A stretch of DNA of 64,000 nt, from IMG/VR virus record IMGVR_UViG_3300044844_000928; one strand, 5' to 3'. A program made the translations under genes and the position numbers. This DNA is from a virus. The notes under the pieces were generated by a model. It did no database searches. It was not told the DNA's origin and saw only the letters and a list, made by a program, of their open reading frames with translations. Below, in pieces: positions 17,331 through 25,829 of this stretch. The first letter of the stretch is position 1. The number at the start of each line of letters is the position of its first letter.

Positions 17331-18317
17331 ATGGCTTCGCCTTACGTGCAAACACTAATCTATCCCGACGATCTTCGTTCGGAAACAGATAACCCTTACG
17401 GTGCGAACTATGTCATGTTTGTGCTGTCAGACTCCTCTTTTAGAAACCCATTAAAAACATTAGAAAGTAAAAAGGCAAAAATTATATCTAATGCTCTCAA
17501 TACATTAGATAACCCATCGGCAAGAAATATCCTAGGCACTGTTTTTTCTTCTTTAGATTCATTATCTAGTGAATGGTCTGCAGGTAGCGGTCAGCGTTCT
17601 CAATCAGCTGCTCAACAAGCGGCTGTTGCTGCGCGTGGAGTTAGCGGTAAAGAAAGTCCATTTATCCCAACTCCACTTAAAAGTGGATTTTGTAATATCG
17701 TGCTTTATACACCACCGGCGCTTAGTTCAACATACAGCGCTAATTATGAATCAATGAGTTTGACTGATAGATTATTTGTTCTGCCAACGTTAACTGCTAC
17801 TCCAACAAATGGAATGAACGCAAAGGACGCAAAAAAAACAGAAATGATTAACAAGATGAAAGAGGGTGTAAATTCAGCGGTTAAAAATACGCCTGATTTG
17901 CTTAAACTTGGTTCTAGAATGTTATTGAATCCCCAACAAGAATTATTATTCAAAGGGGTTGATTTTAGAACGTTCTCTTTTTCATACACGTTTTCACCAA
18001 AAAGTAAAAAAGAATCAGATACAGTTCAAGAGATTATTCGCCAATTTAAAGGTAATATGATGCCTGAATTAACAGCAGGCACATTGATGTATAAATATCC
18101 AGCAGAATTTGACATCTATTACTATTTTGATAAAGATTTGAATAATAATGTGCATCAACATACCACATGTGTGCTTGAAAAGGTTTCAATCAATTATTCT
18201 CCTATTGGACAATTTTCTACATTTAATGACGGTTCTCCAAATCATATCACAATGACTTTAGAATTTAAAGAATTGGCTACACTTGATAAAGATTCTGTTC
18301 TAAATGGAGGATATTAA
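17331..18317 (+). CDS. 48: Baseplate tail-tube cap gp48
   Basis: NP..ELLFKGVDFRTFSF.Y.F.PKS..E...V..II..FK..M.P, YP..F.I.Y, CVL....NY.P, M.L.FKE. Confidence 0.85.
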   Translation: MASPYVQTLIYPDDLRSETDNPYGANYVMFVLSDSSFRNPLKTLESKKAKIISNALNTLDNPSARNILGTVFSSLDSLSSEWSAGSGQRSQSAAQQAAVAARGVSGKESPFIPTPLKSGFCNIVLYTPPALSSTYSANYESMSLTDRLFVLPTLTATPTNGMNAKDAKKTEMINKMKEGVNSAVKNTPDLLKLGSRMLLNPQQELLFKGVDFRTFSFSYTFSPKSKKESDTVQEIIRQFKGNMMPELTAGTLMYKYPAEFDIYYYFDKDLNNNVHQHTTCVLEKVSINYSPIGQFSTFNDGSPNHITMTLEFKELATLDKDSVLNGGY

Positions 18318-18319
18318 TA

Positions 18320-18880
18320 ATGTATTTCACAAACGTGCCAACTCTGTATTACCCTTTTACGATTAACGATGAAGAACAGTTAATCGTATTAAAAGACATC
18401 ACACATAATGTCAGATTTAAAGAAATCGTTAAAGATAAAATTACGTCATATGAATACTATACAATACAAGACGGTGATACGCCTGAAGTTATATCTGAAA
18501 AAATTTATGGCACACCAAACTATCATTGGGCGCTTATGCTTCTTAATGACAGATTTGATTATCTAACAGATTTCCCAATACCGGTTAAAGTTTTTGACAA
18601 ATATCTTAGCGATAAATATGACGATATCCACGGTATCCATCATTGCCAAAAAATAATTGATGGAAATGTGATAAAAATAACAACTCCGGTTAAACTAGAA
18701 CAGCCTGTGGGGTATCCTTCTGTGACGACTCCGGAATATACGGCTTATCTAAACTACATCAGTTCATACGGGGTAACTAATTACGATTATGAAACCGTTT
18801 TGAATGAAGAGAAACGGTATTTGAAATACATCCCAAAAGAAATAATCACTTATATTATTAGAGAACTGAACGACTTATGA
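18320..18880 (+). CDS. 53: Baseplate wedge gp53
   Basis: MYF...P...Y, Y.I.DGDTPE.IS.KIYG...YHW....N (LysM-like), YE...NE.KR. Confidence 0.9.
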   Translation: MYFTNVPTLYYPFTINDEEQLIVLKDITHNVRFKEIVKDKITSYEYYTIQDGDTPEVISEKIYGTPNYHWALMLLNDRFDYLTDFPIPVKVFDKYLSDKYDDIHGIHHCQKIIDGNVIKITTPVKLEQPVGYPSVTTPEYTAYLNYISSYGVTNYDYETVLNEEKRYLKYIPKEIITYIIRELNDL

Positions 18881-20235
18881 CCACTAGAAATTTAACATTT
18901 GCCGGCGAAGTTGTAATAAACAAAATGGAAATTGTATCCATTAATACGTCTTTTGTGGTTGACCTACAAAATATGTTTCTTGGGATAAACGTTTATGAAG
19001 ACATATTTGCGCCGTTTATAAATGGAACACTTGTAATTCAAGATGCTAATGCGCTCATCAATAAATTGCCTATTGTTGGTGAGGAATTTCTTGATTTAGA
19101 TATCGTTACTCCAGGATTCCCTGATGAGGATAAAAAGCATTCAATTCACGGGCGCTTTTATGTTTATAAAGTATCTGATAGACAATACACAAATGATCGT
19201 TTAGTTAGCTATATTCTTCATTTTGTTTCTGTTGAAGCTTTACTGGATATGAATATTAAACTTTCAAAGGGGTTTAATGCCAGTAAGATTTCGGACATTG
19301 CATCAGATATTCTTAAGCAATATTCGTATTTCCAAAATGATTCTAAAGAATTAACTGAAGAACAGCTGGAAAGATTTAATATTGAAGAAACATCAAATGG
19401 TCACGCTTACGTTTCTAATTTTTGGTCACCTGTTAAAAATCTCAATTACCTTGCTGAACACGCTATTAGTATGCCGGCAAATAATAACGGTACAATGACA
19501 GAAGGATCTCCAACATTTTTGTTTTTTGAAAATCGTAACGGCTTAAACTTTATTTCATTAGAAGCTTTATTCAGAAACGATATAACACGTGAGTTTAGAA
19601 AAGACAACTTTACCAGAGATATCCCTACAGATAAAGAAAACAGAACTACAACGTTCGACTTTGAGAAAAACTATTCGAGAGTGTTAGACTTCAACGTGGT
19701 TGAATCTTTTAGTTATATCGATAGAAACAGAAGTGGAACCTTTGCGTCTAACCTTATCGTACATAACATAACCAATAAAACCTATCGGAATATTGCGTTT
19801 GATTATAAGACCAACTATGATAAAGAAATTAGACTAAACGAATTTGCTCCTATTTCTAAACAGTCTATCAATACAAAAGAAAACGCCTACATTATGATGG
19901 AAAAGGCAAATGCTATTTTTGAAGGTAATCACGATATCTCTAATTCAAAAATTGCTCAGCGCCGGCTTTCTTTAATGAATTTGATGGATACACAGCAAAT
20001 TGAAATAACAGTATTAGGAAGAACAGATTATACTGCAGGGCAAAGGGTCAGCTTTGTATTGTACAAAGTTTGTAATCTTGAATTAGAAGATGAACAAGAA
20101 GATAAATTATTAAGCGGTAACTATCTTATAACAGCAATTAGGCACATAATAACAAACCAAAATCATCAGTGTGTGATGTTATTAATGAAAGATAGTTTAT
20201 CAATAGATTTAAACGAAGTTGAACGGGCGGCGTGA
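18877..20235 (+). CDS. Baseplate hub/tail protein (gp27-like)
   Basis: IYEDIF.P...G.L...D....I..LPI.GEE, W.P......LA, FLFFEN..G.NF.SL..L, SG.YLIT.IRH; between gp53 and gp5. Confidence 0.7.
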   Translation: MTTRNLTFAGEVVINKMEIVSINTSFVVDLQNMFLGINVYEDIFAPFINGTLVIQDANALINKLPIVGEEFLDLDIVTPGFPDEDKKHSIHGRFYVYKVSDRQYTNDRLVSYILHFVSVEALLDMNIKLSKGFNASKISDIASDILKQYSYFQNDSKELTEEQLERFNIEETSNGHAYVSNFWSPVKNLNYLAEHAISMPANNNGTMTEGSPTFLFFENRNGLNFISLEALFRNDITREFRKDNFTRDIPTDKENRTTTFDFEKNYSRVLDFNVVESFSYIDRNRSGTFASNLIVHNITNKTYRNIAFDYKTNYDKEIRLNEFAPISKQSINTKENAYIMMEKANAIFEGNHDISNSKIAQRRLSLMNLMDTQQIEITVLGRTDYTAGQRVSFVLYKVCNLELEDEQEDKLLSGNYLITAIRHIITNQNHQCVMLLMKDSLSIDLNEVERAA

Positions 20236-21020
20236 TGAGTAACTTTTTCTTTGGAGTTGTAGAAGATAGATTAGATCCACTAATGCTTGGTAGATGTCGA
20301 GTTAGGGTTGTTGGAAAACATACAGAAAATAAAGAGGAACTTCCAACAGATATGCTACCTTGGGCATATCCGGTAATGCCTATCAACAACGCATCTATGA
20401 ATGGCATAGGATGGAGCCCAACCGGCGTGGTAACAGGAACATGGGTTGTCGTAGTTTTCGTAGATGAATACGAACAACAACCATTGATGTTGGGTAGCAT
20501 AGGCGGTATTCCTCAAACACTTTCTGCTCAGTTATATACAGAATCTCATAATGAAGTTATCTTTACTGATGAAAATGGTATATTAGGCACAACATCTGGT
20601 AACCCTAACGCGGCGGCTGAAGTTGAAAAAATGGCTGGTAAAGTGATGGATATAGTCAATGGTGTTGTATCAGAAGAATCTAATCTAGATGAAACGATGC
20701 CAGATAGTGTATATCAATTAATCAATACAACTAATGAAGTATTAGGTATTGATGAATGGCGCATAGTTGAAACTCAAGGGAACGGCGATATTGTTGCTTC
20801 AGGTACATATGACTCAGAGTTGAGTTCTTACATATTACATTTAGAAAATCCTGCGCAATGGGCAGCTGATAAACAATCTTTATTTGAGCAACCAGTTGAC
20901 GGACATAAATCTAAATATTTCTTTGCTCCAGATGGTGATAATACTATGCTGATGTTCTTCAATCAGAATTTTAACCCTGCTGACAAAATTGTTCCAACGA
21001 CAGATAAACAGGCAACATAA
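20232..21020 (+). CDS. 5: gp5 N-terminal OB-fold protein (split gp5, part 1)
   Basis: FFGVVEDR.DPL.LGRCRVR..G.H......LPT..LPWA.P..P...AS..GIG.SPTG...GTWV...F.D...QQP...GSI.G. Confidence 0.85.
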   Translation: MMSNFFFGVVEDRLDPLMLGRCRVRVVGKHTENKEELPTDMLPWAYPVMPINNASMNGIGWSPTGVVTGTWVVVVFVDEYEQQPLMLGSIGGIPQTLSAQLYTESHNEVIFTDENGILGTTSGNPNAAAEVEKMAGKVMDIVNGVVSEESNLDETMPDSVYQLINTTNEVLGIDEWRIVETQGNGDIVASGTYDSELSSYILHLENPAQWAADKQSLFEQPVDGHKSKYFFAPDGDNTMLMFFNQNFNPADKIVPTTDKQAT

Positions 21021-23836
21021 TGACTATAGCAACAGATAATCTTCCTGGAGATTACAATAAGGGCGCTCAGCGTGCACTTAGAATTAACAATTTTAAACGT
21101 ATTATCGCCCAGCTTGAAGCATCAGGAATAACAAACGATAATTGCCAAGCCGCGATTTGTGGTATTCTTATGCGTGAATGTACGTTTCTAGCAACAGAAG
21201 AATCTGCATTTTATAGCTATGCTGCACTAGGGCAATTCAAACGGGCAACTGAAGCTGCACGACAAGAATATGGTGGTTCAGTTAAAGCCGGTAGAAAAAC
21301 AAAGGAACAGTTTTTTGGTTGGTTGTATGGGACAAGTTATCCACACGGAAGTTACCAAGAAGGATCTAGGTATTTTGGTAGAGGGTTCGTACAGTTAACG
21401 GGGTTTGCTACTTATTCAGCAGCAACTAAAGCCGCCAAAGGTATGGGGTGGGATGATTTAGATTTTGTTAAGAATCCTGAAATAGCATTAAGCAGTGAAA
21501 ATAATAACGATACGCGGGCGCTTATATGTTTGTTGGTATGTAAGTTTGGTTCTTTAGCTAAACTACAAAGTAGACAAACAGATCCTAATATTTTCAACAT
21601 TATTGAACGGTATTTTAATCCAGGAGAACCCGCTGGGCAAATCGCGCAAAAAAGAAAATATTATGAGTTTTTTCTTAGCGGTGGCAAAGGTACGGTTCCG
21701 ATCGTTGATTCTATCATTAACCCAAAACCAACAAACAAAAATGCTGGCGGAACTGACGCACAACACTCTTTAGAAGAAATTAAAACTCATCCCAAATATA
21801 AACAAGAAGCGCTTACCGATAACCGTGACGGAAACCTAAGTAAAAATGGATTTACAGACCCATTCGGGAAATACCCTTTACGGGAATACATGAACGAAGC
21901 TGACACAAACCGGCTTGCTCGTGGAATGATTAAAAATACCTGTGTTGAATTTAAAGATTCAATGCGTAACACAGATATTCCTTCGGTTAATGATTCATCG
22001 TTTTCTCAACCGTCAGCGCCTTACTCTACTATGTATCCATTCAATAAAGTAATGGAATCCGAAAGTGGACACATTTTAGAGTTTGACGATTCACCTAATG
22101 CTGAAAGGATTAACCTATTCCATAGAGCCGGTACTTATACCGAAGTTGATGAAAACGGCACACAGGTAAATCAAATCATTGGTGATGGTTATTGGATTAC
22201 AGAAAGAAATGGTAATGTTTATATTAAGGGCGCTTGTAATGTAACAATCGTTGGTGATATGAATCTTTTATGTCAAGGAGATTCAACGGTAGAGGTTAAC
22301 GGTAACACCGAAATGATATATCACGGTGATGCTACAATTGGTGTTGCTAATAACTTATCGATTAATGTAGCAGAAAACTTTGAGATTTCGGTAGGTAAAA
22401 ACTTCAACATTGAATATGGTAAAATTGATGAGTTACCTGACGAAGAGGATAAGGAAAAGAAAACATACGGCGGTATGACTTTTAAAACTCCATATGGTAA
22501 ATTAGCCTTTGAATCTCCTAGCGATATAACCTTTAAGGCGGGTGCGGCTATTCGAATGGAGTCAGCTACAACTACAACGATAAACTCTAAAGGGAATTTG
22601 TTGTTGAATACAGATGGAACTGGCACGCTGAATGCTACAGGAAATGTTGCGTTATTTGGTAGCGACGCATACATTAAAGGTGGAAATATCAATTTGACTG
22701 GTAAAGTACCACTTGAAAAATATGTTAAACTAACAGCAACAGATTCTAGAGGTGATACGCATACACAATTAACTGGAGCTGGGTCTGGAACAGATACTTC
22801 AATTGACGCACCAAAAGCAACTCCTGTTACAATTACATATAATCCACAATCCAATGTTGTTGTTGGTGATGAAGACCAAACCACGAATATCACATCAGAA
22901 TCTATCTACTTTAAACGTAGCACATTGACAGGCAAATATCCTGATAAACGTGCGAGTTCCGGTGTCAATTTAGAGCCTTTAAAAACTGGTGAACGTCGTT
23001 GTGATTCTGCTATGAAGTTTGAGTCTGAAGAAGAAATCAATAGCAGTCCAGCTGGAAAGGCGCTTATTGATAAACAAAATGCTGAACGGTCAGTATTAGA
23101 TGGGGGTCAACCAGATAAAACAATTGACACACAAGACGAGTTAACGCCTAACGCGGAAGGGAGTGATGCGTTAACTAATTCATCACTTGGAGGATATGCA
23201 TTGAAACCAGGATCTAAATTGAACTCATCAAGCGACTCAAATTTACATAACACGATTGCTTCAAACAAATCGTTCCCATTAAACTTTAAAATTTCTAAAC
23301 ATTTTTGTCTTGGTAATTTTGTACAACCAGGAACAAATATCGCTGATATTATGTTACCTCCAGGATCTATATACGGTGGCGGCTCCGCAATGAGAAAATA
23401 CACCGTTTCTGAGTTGGTCGATAACTTAGCCTATCTTGCTGAAAATATTGCTGAACCAATTTATGATTTACTTGGACCAACAAGCGGTAAATATGCAGCA
23501 CAAGATCCTAGTGGTAAATGGTCAATTAATGATGGTATTAGAACAGAAGGAAATAAAAGCGGGTCTAAAACATCTGACCATTTTAAAGGTATGGCTATGG
23601 ATATTAGGTATAATCCAGCTAGATCTCATGAGGATATGTATAACTTAGCGGTCACATTAGATAAATTGTTACCGGCTTACTCTCAGATGATTCTTGAGTA
23701 TGATACAAATAAAGGATGGAATTGGTTGCATATCGCGTATAACAAAGACCATACAAATACGGATAAGAAAGGAATTGGTAAAATGACCGGTGTAAATGGC
23801 AAATATACACACGGCACATTTATCTTATACAAATAG
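21020..23836 (+). CDS. 5: Tail spike gp5 part 2: GH19-like glycosidase, gp5 central/beta-helix region and C-terminal peptidase M15-like domain
   Basis: YFGRGFVQLTG (GH19-like); GFTDP.G.YP, YPFNKV.ESESGH..EFDD.P..ERI...HR.GTY.E (gp5); SDH..G.A.DI...Q.ILEY....WLHI (M15). Confidence 0.8.
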   Translation: MTIATDNLPGDYNKGAQRALRINNFKRIIAQLEASGITNDNCQAAICGILMRECTFLATEESAFYSYAALGQFKRATEAARQEYGGSVKAGRKTKEQFFGWLYGTSYPHGSYQEGSRYFGRGFVQLTGFATYSAATKAAKGMGWDDLDFVKNPEIALSSENNNDTRALICLLVCKFGSLAKLQSRQTDPNIFNIIERYFNPGEPAGQIAQKRKYYEFFLSGGKGTVPIVDSIINPKPTNKNAGGTDAQHSLEEIKTHPKYKQEALTDNRDGNLSKNGFTDPFGKYPLREYMNEADTNRLARGMIKNTCVEFKDSMRNTDIPSVNDSSFSQPSAPYSTMYPFNKVMESESGHILEFDDSPNAERINLFHRAGTYTEVDENGTQVNQIIGDGYWITERNGNVYIKGACNVTIVGDMNLLCQGDSTVEVNGNTEMIYHGDATIGVANNLSINVAENFEISVGKNFNIEYGKIDELPDEEDKEKKTYGGMTFKTPYGKLAFESPSDITFKAGAAIRMESATTTTINSKGNLLLNTDGTGTLNATGNVALFGSDAYIKGGNINLTGKVPLEKYVKLTATDSRGDTHTQLTGAGSGTDTSIDAPKATPVTITYNPQSNVVVGDEDQTTNITSESIYFKRSTLTGKYPDKRASSGVNLEPLKTGERRCDSAMKFESEEEINSSPAGKALIDKQNAERSVLDGGQPDKTIDTQDELTPNAEGSDALTNSSLGGYALKPGSKLNSSSDSNLHNTIASNKSFPLNFKISKHFCLGNFVQPGTNIADIMLPPGSIYGGGSAMRKYTVSELVDNLAYLAENIAEPIYDLLGPTSGKYAAQDPSGKWSINDGIRTEGNKSGSKTSDHFKGMAMDIRYNPARSHEDMYNLAVTLDKLLPAYSQMILEYDTNKGWNWLHIAYNKDHTNTDKKGIGKMTGVNGKYTHGTFILYK

Positions 23837-23868
23837 ATACCAACATCACATGCGGTAAATTTTATGCG

Positions 23869-23895
23869 AAAAAAAGCCGGTAATTAGCCGGCTTT
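23869..23895. terminator. Terminator between convergent genes
   Basis: AAAGCCGG-taattag-CCGGCTTT, long T-run on the minus strand. Confidence 0.75.
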
Positions 23896-23900
23896 CAAAA

Positions 23901-24191
23901 TCATTTTTTTACAGGTATGCATAACCAACCATAAGGTTTTCCTGTAAATGTTTGACCCATATACATTTGTCCAAATAGTTCTCCTGTTATTGTTAATAAT
24001 TCCCAACAAGGACCAGATTTGCGTAGGTGTAATTTTGTGTCAAGACTTTCACCAGCTGCCATCCATTTATCCACATTGTTAAATTGTTTTGCTTTATAAA
24101 CATTTGTGTCGCCGATAGCATTTTCATCTAATTCAGTCCCATCCAAAACTGATTCCATAACAGCATTTTTAAACTCTTTAAATCCTAACAT
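23901..24191 (-). CDS. Hypothetical protein, putative internal head protein (MLGFKEFKNAVMESVLD...LDE)
   Basis: AAGGAG RBS; CGCTAAATA late motif on - at 24230-24238; shares motif with the ORFs at 2, 357 and 837. Confidence 0.7.
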   Translation of the reverse strand: MLGFKEFKNAVMESVLDGTELDENAIGDTNVYKAKQFNNVDKWMAAGESLDTKLHLRKSGPCWELLTITGELFGQMYMGQTFTGKPYGWLCIPVKK

Positions 24192-24228
24192 TCTGACTCC
24201 TTAATAAGAATAATTTAGTTTTAAATAT

Positions 24229-24606
24229 TTATTTAGCGTTTTTAGGCGTTTTAAATTGTGTTATATCTATATCCGATTTTGGCACCCAACTTGATATCAA
24301 CCAACACAAATAATCATAGCATATTCCAGGAAACCCTTCTTTACTTCTTTCTGTGTAAATGGTTCCAGATTTAGGTTCTTTGACTCTGCGTAACATAATA
24401 CCGGTATCTTTATATTCTTCACGCTTTAGTACATCAGCATCCATCTTATACAGGTATTCAATAGCCGCCTGTCTAGTCACAAACAAACCTTTGAACATTT
24501 GTTTTTCTAATAGATTATCTTTTGTCCACGGTTGAACTTCACCTTTAAATTCATTTAAGAATCGTTCAATTCGTTCTTCGTCTAGTGTAATAGTTTCAGT
24601 TTCCAT
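24229..24606 (-). CDS. Hypothetical protein
   Basis: 125-aa ORF downstream of the minus-strand early promoter at 24692-24720. Confidence 0.6.
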   Translation of the reverse strand: METETITLDEERIERFLNEFKGEVQPWTKDNLLEKQMFKGLFVTRQAAIEYLYKMDADVLKREEYKDTGIMLRRVKEPKSGTIYTERSKEGFPGICYDYLCWLISSWVPKSDIDITQFKTPKNAK

Positions 24607-24652
24607 AAATACCCAATAAAGTTAATATCATATAATTAATTTAGCGCTAAAC

Positions 24653-24720
24653 TTTTTAAGCGCTTAACCTCAATTCACGCCCGACTAGGCTATTATACGC
24701 TTCTAGGAGCAAAAAGTAAA
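24653..24720 (-). repeat. Dispersed element copy 1: early promoter plus invariant 39-nt downstream sequence
   Basis: 45-bp core 24653-24697 identical to 43355-43399 and 61382-61426; minus strand reads TTTACT-N17-TATAAT-AGCCTAGTCGGGCGTGAATTGAGGTTAAGCGCTTAAAAA. Confidence 0.92.
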
Positions 24721-24742
24721 GTTTTATTTTACAATTAAAGCG

Positions 24743-24749
24743 CTAAATA
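24743..24749 (+). promoter_or_regulatory. Putative late promoter
   Basis: CTAAATA upstream of gp25. Confidence 0.6.
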
Positions 24750-24770
24750 ATATATCTTCACTTTAACTTA

Positions 24771-25829
24771 ATGCCGAATATGTCAACGATAAAACGCTAC
24801 AAGGATATCGACCTCAACTTCATGCCTAACCCTTCAGCATTTGAACGCATTTCAGGTAAAGGATATCTTAATTACAACTCTGGTTCGCCAATTGTGGTTG
24901 GGTTTGATACACAATTCACCCGTTACCTTTCTGTAGACGATAATCTTTATGTATCTAATTCATTCATAGGTAAAATTAAATCTATAGAATCTGACTCATT
25001 TTTAACGCTATATGAAAACGCTTTACTTTCGATAATGACGGATTTGTATGATGAAACATACTTACAGGTGACAGAGTCAACAGTATCCAACGGCACATTT
25101 ACATTCAATAAGGATGGAACAGAATACTTTTTTAATGTGTCTAACCTATCAAACAATCAGATAGAGTCAAATTTGATTCGTTTTGATGTTGATACAAATT
25201 ACCCTGATACAGAAAATTATCCTGTCAAATATAGAATTTTAGGGTTAGATTCTTTTGACGTTGTTGGCGAATATCCTAGAAATTCTGATAATACATTTAA
25301 CATTTCGGATTACCTTAGCGGGACTTTAGCATTTTATGAAAAGGCTCAAGATGTTTACACGGCATATGTTCAAATAAGAACTGTGACCGATAACGTTCTT
25401 GAAAACATAGAACATGCGATATTCGTATTGGAACTTGCTGATTCAACTAATCATATTACAGTGTCAGATGCTAATTTTACATTTTCGCATCCTGGTGATA
25501 TTACCTTTAAGATTGATGCAAACGCGGTTAAAACTTCTATTGAGCATCTTGTCAGAACAATGAATTATGAACGCCCGTTTAATTCAAATCTAGGCTCGCA
25601 AATCACCAGCCTTTTATTTGAATCTTCTTCTCCGGTTTACGCTGAAATTATTAAACGTACAATTAGAGAGGTGGTATCAGCATATGAGCCTAGAGCTACC
25701 TTAACAAATGTTGATGTTGTTATTAGTCCAGAATCTAATAAAAATTTGGCAAATATTAGTATTGAATTTTACATAACAGAATCTAATTTGCCATACACGC
25801 TTAACCTAACACTGGAACGTACACGATAA
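24771..25829 (+). CDS. 25: Baseplate wedge gp25 with ~200-aa internal insertion
   Basis: N-terminal RYKDIDLNF; C-terminal GDI....D..AVK.S...L..T...ERPF....G....LLFE...YEPR...L.L.LERTR; 352 aa versus ~130 typical. Confidence 0.85.
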   Translation: MPNMSTIKRYKDIDLNFMPNPSAFERISGKGYLNYNSGSPIVVGFDTQFTRYLSVDDNLYVSNSFIGKIKSIESDSFLTLYENALLSIMTDLYDETYLQVTESTVSNGTFTFNKDGTEYFFNVSNLSNNQIESNLIRFDVDTNYPDTENYPVKYRILGLDSFDVVGEYPRNSDNTFNISDYLSGTLAFYEKAQDVYTAYVQIRTVTDNVLENIEHAIFVLELADSTNHITVSDANFTFSHPGDITFKIDANAVKTSIEHLVRTMNYERPFNSNLGSQITSLLFESSSPVYAEIIKRTIREVVSAYEPRATLTNVDVVISPESNKNLANISIEFYITESNLPYTLNLTLERTR

